64,000 nucleotides of DNA. It comes from Camelus ferus (lineage: Eukaryota). The notes beneath the pieces were generated by a model. It saw only the letters and a list, made by a program, of their open reading frames with translations, ran no database searches and was not told where the DNA came from. Shown piece after piece: positions 51,321 through 64,000 of this stretch (the stretch's first letter is position 1; the number at the start of each line of letters is the position of its first letter). The stretch spans positions 92,878,001 through 92,942,000 of the forward strand of contig NC_045696.1 in assembly GCF_009834535.1 (NCBI RefSeq), written 5' to 3'. The translations under genes were made by a program, and so were the position numbers.

Positions 51321-54300
51321 ACAAAGTTTTATTGGGGAACTCCTGCTGGAGATGCAGCCAACGTGCTTTAGGTGCTGGAGCATACAGCAATAAACAAAAC
51401 AGACAAAAATTTGCTTTTGTGGGGTTTAATACATTGATGAGAAAAGGGAGGGTAGGCAGGATATAAAACACGTAAGTAACATGTCTAGTGTACTAGGCAG
51501 TGATAAGTGCTAAAGGGAAAAAGGGAGGGAAGACGTGTAGGAAGTGTGCGTGCACGTGGGCATGTGCCTGCCTACATACGTGCACATGTGTGTCTGAAGG
51601 GTCTATTGCTGTTTTAGGTGGGAGGACCAGGAAAGGTCTCACCAAGAAGGTAACAAGTGAGTAAAGACTTGAAAGAAGTGAAGTTAGCCATGCTGATATC
51701 TGGGGAAGAGTGTTCCAGGCAGAGGGAACAGCAAATGCACTGTCAGAGGCAGAATCTGGGGCTCGCCTGGCATCACCCCAGCATTAGAAGCAGAAAGGGA
51801 GGCGGGATTCTCGCACCGGTCTTCTTTCTTCTCTTAGTCTACTGTCTACTTAAGGCATTCAAACCCCACCAAAAGCTTTTGCTCTTTTAATAAACACTTT
51901 CTGTTGTTGAATTAATTGAATCCTTTAAGCTTCTGCCTCATTGTTTTGTGGCTTCAGCCATAGAGAAAATCAGGCTCATAATGCAGTAAGCCATAGGTAA
52001 AGCCGGTGTGTTCAGTGACCCAAGAATCACACAGCTCAGAGACTCGGGGGATGATTTCCTTTCAACTACAGTGCAGTAATCTAACAGATGTGATTCAGTG
52101 AGGCCAGCTCACCATTATTCATCTTTATGGGGTCCTCTAATGTCAGCGTGCCTTGCAGACTTTCCACCCCCATATTTCAGCCTCACTGACTATTTTTCTC
52201 TTCTGGGTTACTCAATATCTTCTTTTCTTGCACTCTCTGCGTCTGGGTTCAGCCAGCTTCTTAGGCACAAATATCAAGCTCTCTATCTCCCTACGTGAAG
52301 CTCATCCCATGAACCCCAAGGCTTCCAACATGTTTAAATGAGCCCTGGTAGAGTAACATGTAACCACCTTTTGTATTAAATTAATATCCTAAGATCATTA
52401 TTCGCTGTGTGTGTCTCACATTAAACATTTTAATAGTTTCCTCCCTTTCCACTACCTTAGTTACAGATTGACCTTCTTTCCTAAGGTATTTGTTATACGA
52501 TTTGAGCCATTTTAAGGAGGATTATGAATCTTGTTGGTTTAAGACCTGTCAGCACTCAAGGAAGGGATGGTTGCCGCCTGAGGCTGTGAGGTCCTGGGGC
52601 TGAAAGCGCTCACTCAGTAAATGCCCACGGTGGGGGAGGGGGGCTGCTGTTGCATCCTGGTGACGAGGGGTGGGGAGCGGAAGGGGAGCTGAAGGTTCCA
52701 GTTGTTCCCTAGGACGTGATGCAGCTTCTGCCTCCATGCCCTGCCAGAGACGTGAGGTAATGAACGGTCAGGGTCTAACGTACTGCGTGCATTACCTCTG
52801 TGTGTGCATCTCCCTCACATCTCAGAGGTGCTGCCTTCTGACCATGACTATGGCTGAGAAGTCAACTACTCCCTGTTGGGAACCTGTCTTTCTATTCTAT
52901 TTGTTCTGTAACTTCACTATTAAGTAAAAGGAGTGGGTTTATTTTGCTTAGCACTCAATCTCCACTTCCCACTAGAGAGCTCATGTTTTCTTTCATTCTG
53001 GAAAATTCTCAGCCACTTTTTTCTTTGGATATTGTTTTTGTGCCAGTTTCATCAGTCTTTGTTTTCCTAGAAGCACTGTTAGATTGAAGTTGGAATCTCT
53101 TAGTCTATTCTCTATACTTCTTAGTTCTCCTTTATTTTCTTTATGTCTGTGCTGATTCTGGGTACTTTTCACAGTGTTATTTTTTAATTCAGTGATTATC
53201 TCCTTGACTATGTCTGGTCTAGAGGGTATCCCAGCTATCATTTTAATTTCAAAGCATATACACTTGATTTAAAAAAATTTTAAATCCACACCTGTTCTTA
53301 TGTTATTATTTGGCTTCTTAGTTTCTTATTCTTTTTATGGGGCTACTTCTCCCTATCTTTGAGCATCTAAACATACTTTTTTTAAAGTGGAAAAAGTGAA
53401 TCTCCATTCCATGTGTTGATGTTTCGGGCACTCCGTCTTAGCATTAGTTTCCTCTATGAGTTTTAGAATTTGGGGTTGAAGGTTCAGTTTTGAGTGAAAT
53501 GTTTTTTCTCTTCCATTTTTTTTCTTTCTGTATTTGACCTTCTTATCTAGTGGTTTTGTGACTTCTTCCAATGGAACCCTAAGCATCACCCATCTGGTGC
53601 CCACACGTACACACACAGCCCACCTGTGCTCCAGGTTCCTAACCAGACAGTAGATTGATTGATTGGGGAGTTCTCTGCCACTGGAGATGTTGAAGCTATT
53701 ACCCATCCAGTCACCAAGCAAACCAACATTTTGCTTGTCTTCTCACTCCTGCCCCTTTGATACTAAATTTATTTTATCTTCCACACAGTAGGGTTTTTTT
53801 TTTTAATGCTTCCTGTTACAAGCAAGGATCCCATTCCAGCTTTCATCACCACCTTGGTTCCATGTTATGAGACTAGCTCTCATATACTACAGCGTGGGGA
53901 GCGCCTTTAGTTTCTTTTGACTGTAAAGTGTAAATTCTTGACCACCTTTGCCCACTGTGAATGTGGAGCTCAGTTACATTTATGATCTGCAGTTCTCTTG
54001 TTTATATGAACCAAGATTATGACTTTTCTCCTTGTTAGCTCTTCTGTCATTGGAGCAGTGGGAGACTTCAGAGTATGAATGTACACTGTCGTATATGAAC
54101 CCATATGTCTGTACAAATATATGTACCCAGACTTACATTCATTTTGGACTATATTTTTCTTTCTTTTTTCTTAAAGTATATAAAGAAAGTTTAATAAGAT
54201 TTTTAAATGTTTGCTTAACAACTCTGACGAAACACTACCTTTTGCTACTTTCCTGACATAGTACTATTTTGTTTTTAAATATCTGAGCTAAAATCAGCTT

Positions 54301-57300
54301 TTAAATATCAACCATGTTTTCAGTCCTTGTTAACACCAGCACTATGGTAAGAACTTTATACTTACTTTCATCTTATTCCCAGAACTGTGGGGATGGAGTT
54401 GAAACTCTCCTTTCCAATGTTTGACAGATTGGGAAGATAGGGTTATGAGAGATGGAGTGACTAATCTAGTGATTAGTTCAGATGAGGAAAGTACATGGGC
54501 CATCCTTGGTTTCAAGCAGGATGTTGTGTACAACCCCTGAAATTATGTCTTTTGGGGAGTTCATCTAGCTGGAGAGAGACACTTACCACACCAGCAGCAA
54601 ATCGTGAGTAGCAACAAATGTGACAAACTGTCATGCAATGTGGTCCTGACTCAGAAGAGAATGAGTTCAGAGAACAGAGAGCTGAGGTCGGGGGGAGTAC
54701 CCAGAGAAGGTCAGGTGAGGTACTGGGGAGCTCAGGTTGGGAGCCAGCCTGCCCAGGTCAAACCTGGCTCTGCCGCTTGTTACCTTGATGACCTCAGGGA
54801 GCTCACTGGCCTCTCTGGACCTCAGTTTCTTCATCATCTTCTAAATGGACATGAAAATAATACCTCGAAGTGTTTTTCCAGCTGTGTCTCTGCCTGGCTG
54901 CACCTTCATAAGTTGCATTCATGTTCCTGGGGAGGGGCTGTGCCAGTTGGTCTGAACTGTGGTAGTGATGCCCTCCCCGGCTGGCACGAACCTCCTTTGA
55001 CCTGGAGGAGGAGGAGGTCTACAGTCCTAGGGTACTCCCACGACCGTGCACAAGGACATTGCGGGACAGGCCATAAAGATTATGAGAATCCTGAAATCCA
55101 GAACATTTTCTTTACCTTCCTGGGATCTCTACTACTTAATTAAAAGAGCTGTTACTATTTGAAGACTATCTTGAGATGAACAGAAAGAATAAGGATTCTA
55201 AATTCTGTCTGATTCGTACTGAAAGCAACTGACTTAATGGGCTCTATAAGAATAAGCACTTTCGTACATCTGAAACTAATACACTATTGTAACTATACTC
55301 CAATTTAAAAAAAAAAAGAAATAATGAGTAGGAAATAGGAGTCACTCTCATCCTTTGCCAGAGTGGCATAAATTTGACTTTTTATGTACTAAAGGAAGGA
55401 AATTATTCCTTTAAATCAGATTCAGCTAAATGATTATTTAACTGAAGGGGAAGAAAGAAAAACGATGATTGTGAGAGCTATTAGTAAGTTTATCGCCTGT
55501 AAAAAACTCAGAACAATGCCTGGCACATAACCTGTGCTCAGTAAACCTTAGATACAGTCAGTGTCAAGAACAGCAGCTGCGACATGATTATCGCTAATAC
55601 AAGGCCTGAGCTGCTCCCTGAGCAGAAGAAGGTGTTTTCAGGGAGTGAAAGGACCAAGCAGGCGACAGGAGAGGACAGGAATAAATGTGCAGCCTCGGAT
55701 GCCTGAGAAGGGGCTGCTCTTCATCCGGGGTACACTCAAGTGACCCACATGGAAAGCTGTGCTGCACTCACAAAGGGCAGCTAATCGGCCCTCCTTCCTG
55801 TCTGCAGACTTTAGCCCAGAGAGGGAAAAAAGGCATTTTGGAAGGGTGAGGTATTCTAGGGTTTTGGTTTTTTGTTTTTGTGTTTTAAAGCAAAGATCCT
55901 CAACTTTGGCTGCACATTGAAATGACAGGCAAGCTTCCCAAAATCCCAGTGCAGTGGGTCCCACCCCAGAGATTGCCTTGTAGTCGGTCTGGGGCATGGC
56001 CTGGGATCTTGCTGCTCTCCCCAGTGAGCCCTGTGTGCAGCTGTGGGAGAGTCCCCTCTCCCTCTCTCTGGGGCAGCCCCTCTCGCCCACTCCCTCCCCT
56101 TTCCTGCTGTTTCCCAGCCTGGAGTGGTCAGCCTTCTGTGTTCCCAGTGATCCTTTCATTTCTCACTGGAAACAAAATCAGAATATGTGCAGTGTTGGAT
56201 TTGTTTACTTGTGGCAGATATTCCTAGATCATATTTCTCTTGCGAAAATGGGAATTAGGAACCCTGACTGCTTCTCATGCGGGACCTACTCCAGACGTGG
56301 AAAGGCCGCCCTCCCCTCCTCCTGCTCCAGCTGCAGCACCCTCCCTCTCCCCTTGGCTCAGGGAACTGAAGAGCAAGATGCATGTGGCTCCAGCTGTGGT
56401 CCCTGCGGCAGCTGCATGGTGGGCGACAGGTTGCCAGGTCAGGTGTCTGCCTCAGCTTTCTCTCACTAGTGCTACTGGGTTCCAGGCCAAATGATAAATA
56501 TATTAATGAAACCTCAGCCACATGTTAATTTATTCTCATCCTGTAAGTCACAGGGAAGAAAAAGATCAACAGGGCAGAAATATCATTCCTTCAGCAACTC
56601 CCGGTGTTGAGAGGATGTGAAGTGAATAATTGTAGCCTTTGTGTTAAGCATGCATTATTTCACCAGCACCAGTCAGTCCAGCTTTGTATTTTCAGCCTTG
56701 TTTTGCTGATGGTGAGTGTTTGGGCGTAACTTGCCACAGTTCATCTCCTTGCCAACTCCTCTCGTGGCCTCGAGCCAGGGAAGGAAACTGATGCTTTCAG
56801 GGGGTGTTCTGTGTGACCCCGGGCACGCTAGGTGCTCTCACACGCTTTGTCTTTTGAACTCCCCAACAAACATGCTCCCTGCCAGGCTCTGGGTCCCTTG
56901 ATGAAACGCATTGGAAATTCGAGACTTGGAGTTCCTTTCTCAGGTTCACTGCTGACCTTAAGTGAAACCTACTGTTTTTCCACAGAAGGATTGTGGTGAG
57001 AGATTACCCAGGTGTCATACAGGAATAACAGTTGTTTAAAATATGAGCCTGCTCAATTGACTCAAGAATTTATCAAAAAAAAAAGAATTTATCTTTTTCT
57101 GTAACAGTATAAAAGGGATGGCTGCCACACTGCATGATGAAATATATATAGAATTTTGAATCGAAAATCTTAGGTTCCAGTTCAGCTACTTAATAGGCAA
57201 GTGTGTTTGGACAGTCTCTCTGCCTCTGCATCACCAAGAGGAACATTTGGCTAGTCCTTGTGCCGCCTTAAAGGGTGTTGGGCGACTCAAATGAAGCGCT

Positions 57301-57496
57301 GTTACGTGACAGTGCCTTGTGAGCCTTAGCACAACATACGTGTAGTCTTAATTGCTTTTTCTGTATTTTCCTGTGCTCTTTTCTCCATGTTCACATGGTT
57401 CCTGGTTCTCATCAATGCTGTTTTCTCCAGGCCATTGCTTGTGCTGGAATGCTGTCACCCTGCTCTTGGCAAGATCGTCAACTCTTATTCATCTCA

Positions 57497-57975
57497 GTGG
57501 GTTGATTTGTGGCCCCTGAAATATATGTCCACGTCCTACCAGCTGGTACCTATGAATTTGGCCTTATTTGGAAAAAGAGTGTTTGTAAATGTAATTAAGT
57601 TAAGAATCTTGAGATGAGATCATTCTGGATTAATGGAGTGAGCCTTAAAAATCCAATGGTGTGTCCTTTGTGTGTGTGTGTGTGTATATGTGTATGTATA
57701 AGAGCAGCTCCCCCTTCATTATTGTTGGGAGTGGGGACACACAGGACAAGGCCATGTGAAGACAGAGGCGGGGACTGGAGCTCTGCTGCCACATGCTTGG
57801 CACCACCATAACTGGAAGGAGCAAGGAAGGATTTTTCCCTTGAGGAGGAAGTGTACCCTGCCCACAGCTGACTTCATACTTCTGGCCTCTAGAACTGTGA
57901 GAAAATAAGTATCTCTTGGTTTTAAGCTACCATGTTTGTGATAATTTGTTACAGCAGCCACAGGAACCTCATACA
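57497..57975 (+). mobile_element. MLT1 (C-like) MaLR LTR
   Basis: ccttatttggaaaaagagtgtttgtaaatgtaattaag...ttctggcctctagaactgtgaga...ttgttacagcagccacaggaacctcataca. Confidence 0.8.
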
Positions 57976-59532
57976 CTCACCTTTGAAAGCTGGGCAAGAG
58001 GCCCCTCCTCTGTGTGCCCATCTGTCACTCTACTCCCCGCTGTTGTGTAATTATCCACTGATGTGTCTGGCTTCTCCTCGACACTGAGAGTTTTGTGACA
58101 GTGGGTTTGCGCCTTGTTAACGTTTTAACCTGGCAGAGCCACTCCGTGCCTGTTTGTTTTATGCAGAACGCTCTCAGACTCTCTTACCTTGATTGAACCC
58201 CCCACCAGCACATCGGCCTAGGCTCTTAGTGCTCATGGTGGGAACCATGTGTCTGGCTCTTCGTCTGTACGTACCTTTCCTCCTCCTGCACGTGCTGCCA
58301 GGTTAATAATATTTCTAAAGTACGACTCAGACACTTGTCTACCCAGAGACTCTCAGCTACTCCACACCTCTTGCTTTCAGGTGTCTCCACAACCTGGCCC
58401 CAAAGTGCTTTTCCATCTTTATCTGCCACTACCATCCTCAATGAATTTCCACTTTAGGGAAACTAATCTGTTCCTGTGTTTATAAAACACACTTTGCTAG
58501 ATTGATTGAGGAGAGGGAAACCCATTTCTTCATCAATGTTAAGTTGTAGTTACCATGCCAAGCCCAGAGCATTCCCACCACTTCTTTGAGGTCTTCTTGG
58601 TCACCTAGGCGGGGATGCCATGTTCCTTCTCAGAACTGCTGTTGTACTGGTCGTCTGTGCCTCTGCAGGCCGCTGGGCAGACCAGAGTAGGCTATTTGGG
58701 GACATGCCTTTGCTAGCCTAATAGGGTGCTTGCTCCTGTGATGTCAAGGACCAGCCCTTTTCCATCTTTGTGTCTCCTCAGGCCCTGAGGGCCTCCAGTG
58801 AGGTGGAGTGCCTCATTCACTGGGTATATTAAAGATACTCATGCATGTGATATTATTGTAGGGAAATTAAATAATCTATCCTGATGTAGCCTTTTTTTCT
58901 CCAAATTTCCTTTAATGTTTGTATAGCTTTGCTCTTACAAGATTTTGTGTTACTATGTGTTATTGAAAAACTGCTCATTCTGTAGAATTTAAATTTTATG
59001 ACCTCTTAGTAACAAATTTGCAAGTGGAAAAACGAGTCTTAAACTTTTGGTGAGGACTAGGGAAATTATTCTGGTGGAAGGAGTGCCCCTTTCCTTACCT
59101 TGGGGTGGGTTGGCCTTTGGCAAGTGGCTGAAGAATTTACGGAGGGTGCTGGACATGGGGAGAGGTGAAGAGGGTGGAGGAAGGGAGAGCAGTGAGCAGA
59201 GCCTGGGTCGTTGGTTTCAGGTACGACAAGGTGGCCAGAAGGCTGTGCTAAGCAAGACTTCTAGGCAATCTGTGTACCTGGATCACCTAAAAATTGTGGA
59301 AGTCATCATCTAGACACAGGTAGAGCTTCGTTAACCAAGACGTTTGAGATTAATTGAGATCGTTAAGTATAGGGATGAATCATGGCACAGGGCAGTGGTG
59401 AGTTCCCTCCAATTACACAGTGGGACAGAGATAGGAAAGACATTTTATCTTGGAATAACCCTCATTTCCAGAGATTTCCATAGGATTCTTTTCCCCTCTG
59501 TAAAGGAAGTGATTTATTTTAAATAGCATATT

Positions 59533-59698
59533 TTAATTAATTAATTAATTAATTAATTAATTAATTAATATTGAAGTACAGTCAATTACAATGTGTCAAT
59601 CTCTGGTGCACAGCACACTGTCCCCATCTTGCATATGCATACATAAATTTGTTTTCATATTTTTTTCCATTAAACGTTATTGCAAGATATTGAGCATT
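59533..59698 (-). mobile_element. Short L1 3' end whose tail is (TTAA)9, with TSD
   Basis: AAATAGCATATT (59521-59532) and AAGTAGCATATT (59699-59710) flank the element. Confidence 0.85.
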
Positions 59699-60149
59699 AA
59701 GTAGCATATTCTTGCTCAAATTTACCTGTGTAAACATAGAAAACATAGTCTCCAAAAACTTTGCCAGGCCTTCCCTCTAGTGAAAGCATGGAATAGCACA
59801 GGGGCAGGGGCTTAGGAGCCCTGAGTTTGAATACTACCTCAGTGATTTACTAGCTTTGTTACCTCGAGCAACTTACTTAGTTTCTCTAAGCATCAGATTC
59901 TGCATCTCTGATATGGAAATGATTATAGGACTATAAGGATGTTGAAAGTTGAATGTTCTTATATTAATCACTATTTTATGGGATTGTGGAGGCCTGGGGG
60001 AGAAGGACAACAGTGGTACAGCACACTTAACGTCTTGCAGGTGACGGAGAGATCAGCTACAGAAGCCACGCCGGCTTGAGTGAAGGGTGTACTCTAAGTG
60101 ATTCTGTATTTCTTAAGGGAAATTGTTTCCGTTGCTTAACTCTTTGCAG

Positions 60150-60311
60150 AATAACGGGACCACTGAGCATCAGGTGGAATCTTTCATCAGGAAAAAACTG
60201 GAGTCGTTGTTAAAAGAATCTCAAATTCGAGACAAGGAAGATCCCGATAGTTTCACGGTGAGGGCGCTGCTGAAGGCCACGCATGAAGGCTTAAATGCAC
60301 ACCTGAAACAG
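60150..60311 (+). CDS. PLCH1: PLC-eta-1 coding exon, X-Y linker (NNGTTEHQVESFIRKKLESLLKESQ...LNAHLKQ), 162 nt
   Basis: cttaac branch-like motif plus tttgcag| acceptor, CAG|gtatac donor; matches PLCH1 linker. Confidence 0.94.
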
Positions 60312-60699
60312 GTATACAGTTCCCTCTTGTACTTGTCCTTTGACAGGAAAAAGAAAGCCCCTCATATGTTGTTTCTGATCATTTGACTTGTTGTGGAATG
60401 CTGCTCCAGTTTCTTCTGTTTCTGTCCTCATATTGCTAGAGGTAACAAAAATCTCTTCCTGCAAAATGATGTGAGCAGTAGTGAATAAAAGTCACATGGG
60501 CAGGTAGGGTAGAAATGACTCATATACGGCTTCACCGGGACCCTCGGGACAAAGCCCAGTGCCCCTGTGTTCACCTTTCCGGCATGTGCTCAGGTGTGGG
60601 TGGGGGCTCGAGACCACCACGTACTTGGCCCTCCCACCATCCCCATTCAGTCAACCTCTGTGCCCTGTTGACCACACCTCTGGAATGTGTCTGTCTACT

Positions 60700-61392
60700 T
60701 CTCTTCGTCTCCATGGCTATGTCCTAACTCAGGCCAGTGTCCACTCTCACCCAGACTTCTCTTGCCCTCTTTCAATCTAATCTCCACTCTGAAATCAGTG
60801 TGATGTTTTAAGAATACAAATCTGATCATGTCACACCACCGTTGCAAATTCTTCAGTGGCTTCCTGTCATGCTTGGAATAGAAGACAAACTCTTTAACCA
60901 GCCTTTCAAGGACCTACATAATTGCATCCTTACTGACCTCTCCAGTCTCAGATCTCGCCATTTTCACACCACCGCTGCCTGCAGTTGTCACACCAGCCAC
61001 AACTGTCTAAATGCCCTGGTCCTCCTTGGATTCCATTTTCCTTGTCTGGAACACTCCGTTTCCACATCCACTGTGGCTAACTCCTACTTAGGCTTTTAAA
61101 TCCCAGCGTCAATGTGATGTTTTAAACGAGCCCTACCTTGACCCCTGGATTAGGTTAGCTGTCCTCTTTATATGGTTGATGGTGGCCTGTTGTATCTTCT
61201 TTTTCATGAAGTTTTTTTTTTTTTTTAACACACTTGCAGTTACTCAGTATCTGTCTTCTCAACTAGACTGTAGATTCCATGAAGGCAGGAACCACGCCAG
61301 TATTGATGACTGTTATTTTTCTGACTTGAATAGGGCCTGGGACTTGAATAAGGCCTGTGTGACCTTCATATACAGTTGCTGAATGAATGAAT
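60700..61392 (-). mobile_element. L2 LINE relic
   Basis: aaatctgatcatgtcac...cttcagtggcttcc...ctagactgtagattccatgaaggcagg...gttgctgaatgaatgaatg terminus. Confidence 0.7.
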
Positions 61393-63789
61393 GGTTTGGG
61401 CTCTGGTTGAGATTTTTATTCTGCTTTCTAATAAAAATAACATAAATGGGCAAGGAAGAGGGGTAGTGGTTTCTTGATGTTGTCACTGCAGGACACTGAG
61501 GGCATTTATTCTGGCCCAGAGATCCCTGTGGTCCCTGGCTTAGCCTTCCCTGCTCTTGCCGCCAGTCCTCCAGGGCTCAGAGCCCCCCAGGCAGAGGGAA
61601 GACCGTGCGGCGGTGACTACACTTGGAGCTGAGTGACCACTTAGCGTTGGTGGTTACTTTCTGGGGCCTGCAGAAGTCCGGCCATTCAGTCACCTGGCTA
61701 TTGCCCAGGTCTGTTTCCTTTGCAAACATAGAAAACCCTAATTCAAAATGGCTTAACTAATGAACAAATATGTTGGGTCAGGTAAGTGGCAAGTTCATTT
61801 GCAGAGTGGCCTTCAAGGTGGGCTTAATTCAGAGGCTCAGCAGGGTCCTCAAAGACCCATCTTTCTGTTCTAACTACCATGTGATTAGCATCATCCCATG
61901 TCTGGTTCCCCCTCTCTTGATGGCTACGGGGTGACTAGGACCCTGAGCTACGTGTTTCTTGGTCCAAGTCCAACAGACCAGAGTTTGTGCCAAGCTCTGG
62001 TTGGGCAACTTAGCTCACATGCCCACCCCTGAGCTGATCACCATGGCCTTGGGTATGTGTCCTTCTTGGAGCAGTAATTTTGCAAGGGTAGGGATAATAT
62101 TGGCATGCCAATGCCAATGAGAACTTAACCCTGGAACTGGCACCAAGGTCAGCCCCTCTGAAACTGCATATTGGAGGGGCAGAATGGAGAACCGGGGAGA
62201 CAACCAAGATGGCAGTTGCTGCATTACTGCCCTTACAGTTTATCATACAGTTTTGAATTTTCTTAAACATTTCTATAAATAGCAGTAAGCCTCTTCCCTT
62301 CCTCTCTTCTCCTCCAGCCTCTTATTTTCAGCCACATGAATGTCTGTAAGATCACATTCAGTTAGCCCAGTCTGATTTCTGCCTCTTATCCCTGGTGAAC
62401 TCTCTTTGGCTGATCTGAGCCATCACTTCCCCTTATGCTTTTGGAGAAGCTTTTGCCCCATCCTAGATCATTCCAACTGGAAAGGCCACAGTGGGTCTTG
62501 GAGATCTTTGAAGAAACAAATCAAGCCCATCTTTCTTTTTATGAAAGTGATCCTAGTGGTAATTTCCCCATCAGGTAAGATGGCAAGGGACCTCAACTTT
62601 CAGAGCTGTAGTGGAACAAGACTCATCCTCCTTTTACTTATTTTTTACTTTCCCTAAAATCTGGCTGACTGCGAGAATGCATTAGACTTGCATAAAGTAA
62701 ATGGAGCCTGCAACTTTAATAAGCTGGACTATGAAGTGTTAAGGGTTTTAACCCTGCTGTTGGGTTAGGTTTTAAAATAAGATTTTCCTTCAGTGGGCAA
62801 GTGAAGACAAGCCACTGTTGAGACAAGCCCATCTGTGTCAGATACATATGCATGTTTAGATGCAAGGCTGAGAATGTGCTGCGGGATTCAGGACAGCACG
62901 TCACTGCAGCTCCTTCTTCCCGGGTCGTCACTCAGCAGGGCAGCACTGTGTTCTTCTTGTGCCGTCTTTTCCCCGGAGATCCCGGCAGTGAAATACAAAT
63001 GAAATTCTCATCCTTCATGCTGGAAGAACTAGTGAGCTCAAGAAAGATGCCTGCCTTCCTGAGAGTTCTTGAATTCACTCCTTTCTCTAAATCCCAGCTG
63101 CGGCCATCTGGATAACCTTAATTATTCCCCAAATGGACTTTTCTAGCTCTTCTGCTGTCCCGCTCCCTCTCGTCTCTCAGTTACACTACTACCATAGTGA
63201 TGTTGCAGATTTGTGCGTCGATCATGTCATTCTCCTATTTTAAACCATTCAAAGGCTCTTCATAGTTTAGAAGATAAAGTTCAAATTTAAGCTATAGCCC
63301 AAAATATCCTTTGTCCATGATCTGACCCCTGCTCTGACACATCCACTCATGCACGTGTGTATAGTTCCTGGAAGGTTCCATGTTCCTAGCACTTGGCCTT
63401 TGTGTTTGCTCTTTCCTTGGCCACAACACACTTCCCCTTCCTCACCTCACATAGGTAATGTCTACCTATCTTCTGGCTTGAAGTCCTCCTTGATCCTCAA
63501 GTCTGGGCATGTTGCCTTCCCATGCCATCAGGCAGTGCCCTGAACTTTGCCCATCATAGTCTTATAGTGAGTTAAGATCATTTGTCTCCACCGTAAGAGT
63601 GTAAGCCCATTGAGGACAGAGTCTGCATCTCTCTTGTTTGCTTTCTCCCTTGTATGCATGTCAAGTTCCCAGCACAAGTTCTGACCCGTGAATTCAATGA
63701 AAGATGTGCTGATGCTCAAGAAGTCAGTATGGACACATATTTGTGTACATTCCTCTTCTACATAGAGGGAATGCAGAGTGGGGCAGGGG

Positions 63790-64000
63790 AGCAAGCCAGA
63801 GAGGAGACTTCGAGCTACACAGTTTTATCACCAACTAGCTTTGTAACTTTGGGTACATTAACTAACCTTGCCATACTTTGATTTTTATTATCTGCAAAAT
63901 TGGGATTTTAATTATACTGATGTCCATGGGTGGTTGTATACACTGAGAATATATGTAGTGCACTCAGTATGCTCCTTGGGGCATAGTAGGTGCCCACTGA
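63790..64000 (+). mobile_element. MIR relic
   Basis: ccaactagctttgtaactttggg...tatctgcaaaattggga...ggcatagtaggtgc. Confidence 0.6.

Noticed and set aside
54604..56521. Longest unexplained ORFs (179, 173 and 157 aa, overlapping)
   Set aside because: No recognisable domain, partly MIR-derived, overlapping on both strands in GC-richer intron; consistent with chance ORFs
1..64000. CRISPR array, operon, defence system or other prokaryotic/viral gene cluster
   Set aside because: No regularly spaced repeat-spacer units or dense ORFs; the sequence is typical mammalian intron/exon DNA

Overview
Mammalian genomic DNA, probably camelid, judged from several tRNA-Ala(AGC)-derived Vic-1-like SINEs. The window lies inside one + strand gene, PLCH1 (phospholipase C eta-1). 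Ten consecutive internal coding exons (3688-60311, 1553 nt) splice into one open frame covering the PH domain, EF-hands, catalytic X box and the start of the X-Y linker; the gene start and 3' half lie outside the window. The rest is intron filled with L1, L2, MIR, LTR and DNA-transposon relics and microsatellites. I found no prokaryote-type or wholly new gene system. The most notable signals concern splicing: (1) a 7.8-kb U12 minor-spliceosome intron that must have rare AT-AA ends to keep the frame, with a competing out-of-frame AG 1 nt away and a tandem duplicated branch-site motif; (2) a duplicated exon tail plus donor site 1137 nt upstream of the X-Y linker exon, which could act as a poison microexon or decoy donor; (3) a rare GAG acceptor on that same exon; (4) a possible L1-chimeric retrocopy fragment. 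Repeat family names are from recognition by eye and their boundaries are approximate.
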